Assembly (NCBI GenBank): GCA_963666055.2
Contig: CAXWPH010000012.1
Coordinates: 224,001 to 288,000 of the forward strand
Direction of reading: 5' to 3'
DNA from: Acidobacteriota bacterium
GTDB taxonomy: Bacteria; Acidobacteriota; UBA890; WLXD01
Length of the DNA: 64,000 bases
Shown: in pieces, positions 47,106 through 55,947 of the stretch
How positions within the stretch are numbered: position 1 is the first letter of the stretch
Layout: the number at the start of each line of letters is the position of its first letter
The notes under the pieces: generated by a model
Told to the model about the DNA's origin: nothing
The model's input: only the letters and a program-made list of their open reading frames with translations
Database searches by the model: none
Position numbers and translations under genes: made by a program

Positions 47106-49580
47106 CTAGCTTCCCGGCGTCAGCTCGATTCGCATCGCCGTCGCCGCCTCGATCTTATCCCGAGAATAGAAGACTGGATGGAACCGATCGTTCGCCCAGT
47201 CCTCGAAGAGGTTGCGGTAGAAGGGTGAGTCGGGATCGCCACTCTGCCCGGGCGTGTTCATCCCGACGCCACGATCCCAGTCGCCGGTATCGATGATGAT
47301 CCGGAACGACGCCCCCGACGTCTGGTTGTCGGCACCACTGGTTTGGTTGACGGTGTAGCTATAGCCACCCCGCGGGTGCGGGCCGACCTCGAGCCGGGCC
47401 CGCATTGGCTCGCTCACCGCTGCCCCCAACGGATGGCGCAGGGTGACGTGCTTGTAGTCGGGCTGGCCGTAGACCCAGTTGGCAGGGTCGGGGCCGAGTT
47501 TCTGAGTCAACGCGTCGACCGTCGACTCCAGAGCATCCAGGAGGATCTCGTCGCGGGCACGTAGGGGGTCGGCTCCGAGCGTACCGGGGGGGACCATGAT
47601 GGTGTCGATCGTCTTCTTCAACGACAGGGTCATTCGAGCTGCCGGCGGCACTAGAGCGGCGTTGACGCTGCGGCGCAACTGCGCTTCCCAGGCCACGTAC
47701 AGCCCCGCGGCGGTCGACCGCTTGTCGACCACGTAGTCCCATTCGAGCAGAAGCTGCCGGGCCCACTCGATGCGATCGTCGCCGGCCTCGATCTCCTCGA
47801 GCAGCGGCACCAGTTGCCGCGCCGGGATCGACAGCTCGTCGGTCTGCAGACGCATCATGTCGGCGATCGAGAAGCGTGTGCCGCTGCCGAGCACCTCGAC
47901 CAACCGCAGCCAGCGATACGGGTCCGACCAGCTGAAGCCGATCGCGTCCATGTACTCGTAGTCGCGTGGCACCAGGTCGTTGTTGGCGGTGGCGAAGTAG
48001 CCCTCGGGTGGGTTCACGACATGCGGCTTGGCCTTGATCGGCAGGTAGCCGTCCCATTCATAGCGGCCATCACCGGGGACCGGTACCAGACCGCTCCAGT
48101 TGCGACGGATAGGAGCGATTCCCACGGCTTGCCAGCCGATGGTCCCGTCACGCCCTGCCCAGACCATGTTCTCGCCTGGGATGTTGGAGTAGTTGCTCGC
48201 CTCGACGAACTCCTCCCAGGTCGTTGCCTGGTCCATGCGCAGCGAGCCCAGGTACGGCGACCCGCCGATCTCCATCCAGCCGGCGCGCACTGCGTACGCC
48301 AGATTGCGGCCGCGATCCTCGAAGACCACCGGGCCGTGGCGCGTGTACTTGAGCTCGGCGCGGTGCGCGCCTTGTCCCTTCACCGGAATCTCCTCGTCCA
48401 GCACCGTCATCGGCTGCCATTCGCCGCGGTAGCGGTACTCGTTGCCGTTGGCCGGGTTGGTCTCGTAGACGTAGAGATCCTCGGCGTCGGTCGAGAACAC
48501 CGTCAGTCCCCAGGCGCCGTGGGCGTTGTGCCCGATCGAAATGCCCGGCAGGCTCGGCTCGCCGCCGCCGATGACGTCCCAGCCGGGCCCCACGAGGTGC
48601 ACCCAGTAGCGCAACGACGGAGCTGCCTGCACGCGGTGTGGGTCGTTCGCCATGATCGGATAGCCGCTCTCGGAGCGGGAGCCGCTGACCACCCAGTTGT
48701 TGGAGCCGATGTCCAGCTCCGGGTCGGAGCCTAGCGCCGCGGAGGAGGCTTCCGCGGCGCGCTCGAGCCGGGCGAAAGACTCGGCATCGCCGCGATGCCT
48801 GGCGATGATGTCCTCGGGCCCGAAGCGTACGCGGCCACGGAAGGCGTTGTAGATACCGAGGATGTCGTCAGAGAGCGCCCCGCCATCGATCGCCGGGTCG
48901 AGCTCGAGCAGAGGGTCACCAGGCCCGTAGGTGCCGAGATCCTTCACTTTCGCCGCGCCCAGCTCGGCAACCAGCCGACCCGTGCGTAGCTCCGCACCAA
49001 TGTTGCCGAGAAGCCCCTGATGCCGTGAGATAACGATCTCCGGCGTCCAGGTGCCGGGGGTGATGCCGAGCAACTCGAACTCGATCGGCAACAGGCTCGG
49101 GTCCCGCCGGGTTTGCTCGACATAGGCGTTGATACCGTCCACGTAGGCACCGATGATCGCCACCCCGTTGCGGTGATAGTGGCTCAGCTCCTGCTCCAGG
49201 TTGCGCCGGAACTTGAACAGCCGCGCTCCCCGATCGCGCTCGATCTCACGCGGCCCGAGGATCTCTGCCACCGTCCCCGTCGCCTGACGGCGCCAGAGCT
49301 CGAGCTGAAACAGCCGATCACGCGCGGCGTTCCAGCCCTGCGCGAAGAACAGGTCGTGCTCGGTGTCAGCATAGATATGGCTGATACCCCACCGGTCGAC
49401 GAGGATCTCGACTGACTGGTCGAGGCCGGTGATCTCGAATCGGGTAGATTCCTGTGCGAGAAGTCCGGATGCCGGGATCGTCAGACCCAGCAGCAACCCG
49501 AAGGCGATCCCGGCGCGACAGGCGACTATCCGAAGCATCGAGCCAAGGGCGCAACTGAAAGGCGCGCGACTGACGGTCAT
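47106..49580 (-). CDS. Penicillin acylase family Ntn-hydrolase
   Basis: 'DRWGISHIYA', 'GSNNW' autocatalytic Ser, 'ANDPH' and 'PGQSGDP'. Confidence 0.93.
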   Translation of the reverse strand: MTVSRAPFSCALGSMLRIVACRAGIAFGLLLGLTIPASGLLAQESTRFEITGLDQSVEILVDRWGISHIYADTEHDLFFAQGWNAARDRLFQLELWRRQATGTVAEILGPREIERDRGARLFKFRRNLEQELSHYHRNGVAIIGAYVDGINAYVEQTRRDPSLLPIEFELLGITPGTWTPEIVISRHQGLLGNIGAELRTGRLVAELGAAKVKDLGTYGPGDPLLELDPAIDGGALSDDILGIYNAFRGRVRFGPEDIIARHRGDAESFARLERAAEASSAALGSDPELDIGSNNWVVSGSRSESGYPIMANDPHRVQAAPSLRYWVHLVGPGWDVIGGGEPSLPGISIGHNAHGAWGLTVFSTDAEDLYVYETNPANGNEYRYRGEWQPMTVLDEEIPVKGQGAHRAELKYTRHGPVVFEDRGRNLAYAVRAGWMEIGGSPYLGSLRMDQATTWEEFVEASNYSNIPGENMVWAGRDGTIGWQAVGIAPIRRNWSGLVPVPGDGRYEWDGYLPIKAKPHVVNPPEGYFATANNDLVPRDYEYMDAIGFSWSDPYRWLRLVEVLGSGTRFSIADMMRLQTDELSIPARQLVPLLEEIEAGDDRIEWARQLLLEWDYVVDKRSTAAGLYVAWEAQLRRSVNAALVPPAARMTLSLKKTIDTIMVPPGTLGADPLRARDEILLDALESTVDALTQKLGPDPANWVYGQPDYKHVTLRHPLGAAVSEPMRARLEVGPHPRGGYSYTVNQTSGADNQTSGASFRIIIDTGDWDRGVGMNTPGQSGDPDSPFYRNLFEDWANDRFHPVFYSRDKIEAATAMRIELTPGS

Positions 49581-49735
49581 GGGTCCTCCCGGATCTGGCA
49601 AGTCGATCGGCACGCGCGTCGAGCGCGACCGGCGGCAGCGTACTCAACTGGTAGCTACCTCACAAGATGCGCGGGCGGACAAGAGCGGCCAGGAGCGGCC
49701 AAGTCCGGCCAGTGCAGAGCCCAGTGTTCCTTCAG

Positions 49736-50716
49736 TCAGCCAGGCAACTCGCCGTCGAGCTCCATATACACACGCCGCACGGCGCGCCCACCCTGCAACG
49801 ACCGATCGACCCAGCCCTCCAGATCGCCGAAGCTCGCTTGTTCCACCGCCTCGTCCGCGGTGATGCCGGCGCCGTGAAGGCGCCTGACCTCAGCGATTAT
49901 CTGCTCCACGGCGTGGCGGTGGATGGTCAGCTGCGCGCCACCCAGAATCTCCGCTGAACCGACCACCGCATGGCCGGGGACATACATGTCGACGTCCATC
50001 ACCTCGGCCCGCTCGATCATGGCCACCCATTCCGTCGGGTAGGCAGTGCCCATCGCCGGGAACATATCGCTGAAAAAGGTCTCGCCCATGAAGAGGACCT
50101 CCTCCGCCGGCAGGTAGACAACCAGGTCGCCGCCGGTGTGGGCGCGACCCAGAAACAAGATCTGGATCTCCTTGCCGCCGAGCTGCAAAACCAGCCGCTC
50201 GTCGACCAGTGCGCTGGGCATGATGATCGGGGGCGCGTCGGCGGGTTGATCTGGCTGGTTGGCTCTCGCCTCCAGCGTCGCCGCAGACGTCGGATGGGCG
50301 TAGAAGACGGCTTCTGCCGGAAACGCCACGTTGCCTCGCGTATGGTCGCCGTGGTCCGAGCAGATCACCACGTGTGTAATGGGCTCGTCGGTAATCTTGG
50401 CGATCTCGTCGATCAGCCGCTGCGTGTCCGCAGGGCTCCCCTGCCCGTCGGCGACCAGCACACCGCCCGAGGTAACCACGAACATGCTGACCGTGGTGAC
50501 CACCTCGTCGGGACCGGCGAGCTGCTCGTACAGATACACGCCGTCGGCCATCTCGTGTACGCGAGAGAACGCTCCGTCCGCCATTCCCGGCAACGATCTG
50601 CTTGCCGGACCGGCAGTCTCGTCGACACGGGGTTCGGGCGAATCCGGTGGCGACGACGTGCACGCCACACCAACCAGCAAAGCAACCGCCAGCGCGCTCA
50701 GCATGCGTCTCGTCAT
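49736..50716 (-). CDS. MBL-fold metallo-hydrolase lipoprotein
   Basis: Lipobox GVAC; 'SDHGDH', 'AHTGGD' and 'VPGH'. Confidence 0.85.
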   Translation of the reverse strand: MTRRMLSALAVALLVGVACTSSPPDSPEPRVDETAGPASRSLPGMADGAFSRVHEMADGVYLYEQLAGPDEVVTTVSMFVVTSGGVLVADGQGSPADTQRLIDEIAKITDEPITHVVICSDHGDHTRGNVAFPAEAVFYAHPTSAATLEARANQPDQPADAPPIIMPSALVDERLVLQLGGKEIQILFLGRAHTGGDLVVYLPAEEVLFMGETFFSDMFPAMGTAYPTEWVAMIERAEVMDVDMYVPGHAVVGSAEILGGAQLTIHRHAVEQIIAEVRRLHGAGITADEAVEQASFGDLEGWVDRSLQGGRAVRRVYMELDGELPG

Positions 50717-50915
50717 CGTGGCCTCCCGGTACCCTGCGTGCCGCCGCGCTCGGCGGTACGTGTTCCTGACGTCGCTCGCGTGCGAACGGTATCATCGCGT
50801 GACGATGCGTCGAGCGATCTCTTTCCGTCGAACCGAGCCAGCCGCGCAAGGTGCGCCAATCCGATGGCGCCAGCCTACGACGCCCCTCGACCAACGTGTG
50901 CCGGTGCACGGATCA

Positions 50916-51545
50916 GTGAGGATTGCGGCCCTGCTGGCCGCGGCCCTGCTGCTGACTCAGCCGGGATCCGCAGCGGCCAAAGCGCAGGCAGCGGAGCCGG
51001 CGGCAGCGTGCGTGCCGGTAGACGGCACACCAACAGACGGCGCGGCAGCACAAGACGGCCGGCAGAAGGAATGGCCAGTGCACTTCGGTTTTGGACACGC
51101 TCCCAGTGCCGAGGAGATCGCTGCCTGGGACATCGATGTACGGCCGGACGGCACCGGATTGCCAACCGGCGGCGGCACCGTCGCATCGGGCGCTGCCGTC
51201 TATGCAGCGACTTGCAGCGTCTGCCACGGGGCCACCGGCGTCGAGGGTCCTTACAACATCCTCGTGGGCCGGCAGCCCGGCGACGCCTTCCCGTTTGCGG
51301 ACGATCCGACCCAACCGAAGACGATCGGCAGCTACTGGCCGTATGCGACCACGTTGTTCGACTACATTCGCCGCGCCATGCCACCGGAGACTCCTGGCGC
51401 ACTGAGCAACGATGAGGTCTACGGGCTCACCGCGTACCTACTGCATCTCAACGAGATCGTTCCCGAGGAAATCCAGCTGAACCGCGAGTCACTGCCGCAG
51501 GTGGTCATGCCGGCCGTCGATCGTTTCCGGGTCCATGAACGATAA
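50916..51545 (+). CDS. Monoheme cytochrome c (SoxD N-terminal domain-like); start uncertain
   Basis: 'WDIDVRPDGTGLP', CSVCH and 'KTIGSYWPYATTLFDYIRRAMP'. Confidence 0.88.
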   Translation: MRIAALLAAALLLTQPGSAAAKAQAAEPAAACVPVDGTPTDGAAAQDGRQKEWPVHFGFGHAPSAEEIAAWDIDVRPDGTGLPTGGGTVASGAAVYAATCSVCHGATGVEGPYNILVGRQPGDAFPFADDPTQPKTIGSYWPYATTLFDYIRRAMPPETPGALSNDEVYGLTAYLLHLNEIVPEEIQLNRESLPQVVMPAVDRFRVHER

Positions 51546-52803
51546 CCAGACGATCAACCGCGCTGGCCTCATCAGCCGCCGTAAGCTGATCACCGCGGCC
51601 ACTGCCACCGCCGGCGTCGCCCTGACGCGCACGGCAGACGGCAGGGTGGTGCAGACGACGGCCCAGAACGTTCCGGAGACCCCGGAGGATCCCACCAAGG
51701 TGCCGGGCGCCACGTCGAGCGTGATCGGCGGCCGCTCGCCGTTCGAGCAACCCGAGCGCATCCTCACCAGCGAGCGCGGCGCGCGCACGCCGTTGCAAGA
51801 TCTGTACGGCATGATCACGCCTTCCGGACTCCATTTCGAGCGTCACCACGGGGGCGTGCCACAGATCGACCCAGATCGCCACAACCTGCTCATCCACGGG
51901 ATGGTGGAGCGGCCGCTGAAGCTCTCGCTCCGTGAGCTCAAGCGCTTCCCGGCGGTATCCCGGATCTGCTTTCTCGAATGCGCCGGCAACCTCTACTGGT
52001 ACGGACGTGAGGAGAACACCCCGGGTGACATCTGTGGCATGACCAGCCAGAGCGAATGGACCGGGGTGTTGCTATCGACCCTGTTCCGCGAGGTCGGCAT
52101 CGAGCCGAAGGCGACGTGGTTTCTCGCCGAGGGGGCCGACGCCGCTGTGATGACGCGCAGCATACCCATGAGCAAGGGATGGGACGACGCCATGATCGCC
52201 TACGCACAGAACGGCGAGGCGATACGCCCCGAGCAGGGCTACCCGATGCGCCTGCTGTTGCCGGGCTGGGAAGGCAACACCAGCATCAAGTGGCTGCGCC
52301 GCATCGAGGTGGCCGACGCACCGTTCATGACCCGTGAGGAAACCGCCCGGTATACCGAGGTATACACGGACGGCACGGCTCACATGTTCAGCTTCGTCAT
52401 GAACGCGCGCTCGATCATCACGTTCCCCGCCTATCCGAACCGTCTGCAGCCAGGCTGGGTGGAGATCCGCGGCCTCGCCTGGAGCGGCCGCGGCAAGATC
52501 CAGCGGGTCGACATCAGCACCGACTCCGGGCACTCCTGGGCGTCGGCGCAACTGCAGCCGCCGGTGCTTTCCAAGGCCCATACGCGCTTCCGTCATCTGT
52601 GGCAATGGAACGGCGCCGAGACCCAGATCCTGAGCCGCAGCGTCGATGAGAGCGGCTACGTGCAGCCCACCGGGCCGGAATTGGTTAAGATGCGCGGCCG
52701 TCCCGACACTTCCTACCATCTCAATCCGATCACCGCGTGGACGGTGCGCCGCGACGGTGCGGTGGTGTTCAGGGTGGAGGATCTCTGGCAGGGAGTCGGC
52801 TAG
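51535..52803 (+). CDS. soxC: SoxC-type sulfite/sulfane dehydrogenase molybdoprotein, Tat-exported
   Basis: SRRKLI; 'ITPSGLHFERHH', 'LECAGN', 'RPEQGYPMRL..PGWEGN' and 'GLAWSG'. Confidence 0.88.
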   Translation: MNDNQTINRAGLISRRKLITAATATAGVALTRTADGRVVQTTAQNVPETPEDPTKVPGATSSVIGGRSPFEQPERILTSERGARTPLQDLYGMITPSGLHFERHHGGVPQIDPDRHNLLIHGMVERPLKLSLRELKRFPAVSRICFLECAGNLYWYGREENTPGDICGMTSQSEWTGVLLSTLFREVGIEPKATWFLAEGADAAVMTRSIPMSKGWDDAMIAYAQNGEAIRPEQGYPMRLLLPGWEGNTSIKWLRRIEVADAPFMTREETARYTEVYTDGTAHMFSFVMNARSIITFPAYPNRLQPGWVEIRGLAWSGRGKIQRVDISTDSGHSWASAQLQPPVLSKAHTRFRHLWQWNGAETQILSRSVDESGYVQPTGPELVKMRGRPDTSYHLNPITAWTVRRDGAVVFRVEDLWQGVG

Positions 52804-52822
52804 CAGGCCGCAGTTCCCCCGC

Positions 52823-53101
52823 CTAGCAGGCCGTGGTGAAAGTGTGGTGGGTCTGGCGACAGGGTCTTGCGAAGTGGAGGCAAGGAGAGAGGAGGAGGCG
52901 ATGGTTACCCCATCGTTGACGAGGAACGACGCAGCATACGCGCGCAACCCCCTGTCGCCCGGGGGGTTACGGCGATTTGGGGCCATTTGCAGCGTTGGCC
53001 TTCCTCGACGATGGCTAGGGCATCGCCTGTGTCAGGCTGCCTTGCATCTGGCCCCAACTCGCCGTAACCAGACCCACCACACTTTCACCACGGCCTGCTA
53101 G
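52823..53101. mobile_element. 279-bp MITE-like element, copy 2
   Basis: Same 34-bp TIRs; 9 substitutions versus copy 1 by manual alignment, none in the TIRs. Confidence 0.88.
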
Positions 53102-53112
53102 CACTGCGAGCC

Positions 53113-54723
53113 ATGCGCTACAGCGACACGGACTTCGACATCATTGTGGTCGGGGCCGGCCACAACGGCCTGGTCGCGGCAGCCTATCTCGCCAAGGCGG
53201 GCCTGCGTACGCTGGTGCTCGAGCGGCGGGAGATCGTCGGCGGCGCGTGTGTTACCGAGGAGATCGCTCCCGGATGTCGCGCCTCGACCACGTCGTACAT
53301 CGCCAGCATGTTGCGTCCGGAGGTAATCCGTGACCTGAACCTGGGCGAGCACGGGCTCCGCATGGTGCCGTGCGATCCCGCGCTGCAAGTGGCGTTTCCC
53401 AACGGGACCGTGCTGCCATGGTGGCACGACCGCGATCGCACCGTCGCGGAGCTCGCCCGCTTTTCAGCACGCGACGCCCGCACCTTCGTGCGCGTCGACG
53501 ATGAGCTCAAGCAGCTGGCGCGCTACCTACAGCCGTTCTTCATGGAGCCGCCCCCCGATGTCCACAAGCGCGGCTTCGCTGGCCTGCTAGAGCTCATCCG
53601 GGTGGGACGTCGCTTCCTCGGCATGAGCGGCGACGAGATGGGCCGGCTGGTGTCGTTTCTGACCGGTAGCCTGGGCGAGTTCCTGGATCGCAACTACGAG
53701 TCTGACGAGGTCAAGGCGCTGTTTCTGGCCAACAACGTTTACGGCAAGCACGGCGGGCCCTACCAGCCCGGTACCGCCATCGGCCTGCTGTTCCATTTGC
53801 TCTCTGGCGGCGAGCACGACCAGCAGGGCTTCTCCGGACACGTCATCGGCGGCATGGGTGCCATTACCGAGGCCATGGCGACTGCCTGCCGGCAATTCGG
53901 CGTGGAAATCCGCACCTCCAGCCCGGTGAGCCAGATCGACGTACGCGACGGGCGTGCCCGCGGTGTCGTTCTGGAGGACGGAAGCGAGATCAGCGCCGCA
54001 ACTGTGGTATCGAACGCCGACCCCAAGCGCACGTTCCTTGGCCTCGTCGATGCCGATGTGCTCGACGACGAATTCCGGTCGGCGATCGCCGGTATCAAGA
54101 TGGACGGCCCCTGCGCCAAGGTGAACCTGGTGCTGTCCGAGGAGCCGCGCGTCAACGGCATGCCCGAGGACGCCAGCCCCGAGCAACGGTCACTATTCAC
54201 GCTGGTGCCATCGCTCGAGTTCGCCGAGCGCTGCTACGACATCGCCAAGATGGGCGAGATCCCGGAGCAATTGTGGGTGGATTGTGTGTGGGCCTCGGCG
54301 ATCGACGATACGCTGGCGCCGCCCGGGAGGCATATTGTCGGCTGTTTCGTGCAGTATGTCCCTTACCAGCTACGGGAGGGCACCTGGGACGATAACCGCG
54401 ACCTGCTCGGCGATCGCGTGGTTGCCACGATCGGCGAGTACGCGCCAAACGTTCCGGGCGCCGTGGTGGCGCGACAGGTGCTCACACCGCTCGACCTGGA
54501 GCGCACCTACGGACTTACCGAGGGCAACATCTTCCACGGTGACCTGAGTCTCGAGCAATTGTTCTTCATGCGGCCTGTGCCGGGATGGGCGCAGTACCGA
54601 ACACCTGTGCAGAGTCTCTACCTCTGCGGCGCTGGCGCACATCCCGGCGGTGGGGTTACCGCGGCACCAGGCCACAACGCCGCCAAGCAGGTGCTTGGCG
54701 ATCTACGCCGGAGGCGCGCATGA
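53113..54723 (+). CDS. Phytoene dehydrogenase-like FAD oxidoreductase (PYROXD2-like)
   Basis: 'GAGHNGL', 'GGMGAI', 'LTPLDLE', 'GNIFHG' and 'LYLCGAGAHPGGGV'. Confidence 0.9.
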   Translation: MRYSDTDFDIIVVGAGHNGLVAAAYLAKAGLRTLVLERREIVGGACVTEEIAPGCRASTTSYIASMLRPEVIRDLNLGEHGLRMVPCDPALQVAFPNGTVLPWWHDRDRTVAELARFSARDARTFVRVDDELKQLARYLQPFFMEPPPDVHKRGFAGLLELIRVGRRFLGMSGDEMGRLVSFLTGSLGEFLDRNYESDEVKALFLANNVYGKHGGPYQPGTAIGLLFHLLSGGEHDQQGFSGHVIGGMGAITEAMATACRQFGVEIRTSSPVSQIDVRDGRARGVVLEDGSEISAATVVSNADPKRTFLGLVDADVLDDEFRSAIAGIKMDGPCAKVNLVLSEEPRVNGMPEDASPEQRSLFTLVPSLEFAERCYDIAKMGEIPEQLWVDCVWASAIDDTLAPPGRHIVGCFVQYVPYQLREGTWDDNRDLLGDRVVATIGEYAPNVPGAVVARQVLTPLDLERTYGLTEGNIFHGDLSLEQLFFMRPVPGWAQYRTPVQSLYLCGAGAHPGGGVTAAPGHNAAKQVLGDLRRRRA

Positions 54724-55892
54724 ACAGCAACAACAACGCCGACATCGTCATCCTGGGCGCTGGGGTGATCGGCACGTCGATCGCTTTCCAGCTCGCCCGC
54801 CGCGCTCCCGGACGGGTCGTGTTGCTCGACCGAGACGTGGTGGCGGCCGGAGGCAGCGGGCGATCATCGGCCCTCATCCGTATGCACTACAGCTTCCCGC
54901 CCGAGGTCGAGCTGGCGCTGCGCAGCCTGGAGATCTTCAAGAACTGGGAGGACATCGTCGAGCGCCCGGCACACTTCCGCAATGTCGGCTTCGTACGCCT
55001 GGTGCCCGAGGCGGAGGTCGGGCGGTTGCGGGCACAGGTCGATATGCAGCGCGGTCTCGGCGCCAACGTCGAGCTCATCGGGGCCGGTGACCTTGCCCAG
55101 ATCGAGCCCGACTGGACCGTCGACGACGTCGCCTTGGCCGCCTACGAGCCCGATTCGGGGTACGGCGACGGCGCCGTCGTCGCCGGCGATTTCCTGTCAC
55201 GTGCACGGGAAATGGGTGTCGAGTACCTACCGCACACAAGTGCCACGGCGCTCCGTGCCGCGGGTGGCCGGATCCGCGCCGTGGAGACTGACGACGGGAC
55301 CATCGAGAGCCCGGTGGTGGTGTCGGCGATCGGTCCATGGACCAGGCCGTTGCTGAGCACGCTGCACCTGGACCTGCCGATCGAACCCGAATACCACCAG
55401 GTCGCCATCCTGCGGAATCCCCCCGGCATGAAGTCGGAGGGCTGCGCCTGCATCGACTCCATCACGAGGACGTACTTCCGGTCCGACGCCGGCGATCTCA
55501 CCTTGGTGGGCGACTTCTACGGGGACCGCAACGTCGACCCGAGTGACTTCCAGGAGAATCCCCCCGAGGAAGATCTCGCCGAGCTGGTGATGAGCGCCAC
55601 CGGTCGGATCCCGGCGCTGGTGGACGCCGGTATCCAACGCGCGGTTACAGGCATCTACGACGTCAGCCCCGACACTCGCCCGATACTCGGCGAGGTGCCC
55701 GAGGTTTCCGGGTTGTACGTCGCCGCAGGCTTCTCCGGGATGGGCTTCAAGATCTCACCGGCGATCGGCGTGGTGATGTCGGAGCTGCTGCTCGACGGTG
55801 CAGCCTCAACGGTCGACATCAGCGCCTTTCGGCCCGCACGCTTCGCCGAAGGTGCCCTGATCGAAGCCGAGCACGAGTACGAAGACGACTGA
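54720..55892 (+). CDS. DAO/sarcosine oxidase beta-like FAD oxidoreductase
   Basis: ATGA overlap; 'GAGVIG', 'GSGRSSALIR', 'YDVSPD' and 'GFSGMGFK'. Confidence 0.9.
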   Translation: MNSNNNADIVILGAGVIGTSIAFQLARRAPGRVVLLDRDVVAAGGSGRSSALIRMHYSFPPEVELALRSLEIFKNWEDIVERPAHFRNVGFVRLVPEAEVGRLRAQVDMQRGLGANVELIGAGDLAQIEPDWTVDDVALAAYEPDSGYGDGAVVAGDFLSRAREMGVEYLPHTSATALRAAGGRIRAVETDDGTIESPVVVSAIGPWTRPLLSTLHLDLPIEPEYHQVAILRNPPGMKSEGCACIDSITRTYFRSDAGDLTLVGDFYGDRNVDPSDFQENPPEEDLAELVMSATGRIPALVDAGIQRAVTGIYDVSPDTRPILGEVPEVSGLYVAAGFSGMGFKISPAIGVVMSELLLDGAASTVDISAFRPARFAEGALIEAEHEYEDD

Positions 55893-55947
55893 CAGGCCTA
55901 CTCGAGTGACCGCACCGAGCTCGTCGGCGCGTGTTCTGCGGACAGCG

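Noticed and set aside
45499-49580. Antibiotic-resistance island (beta-lactamase-like, penicillin acylase, MBL folds)
   Set aside because: These are broad hydrolase families common in heterotrophs; no class-specific resistance signatures or mobile context.
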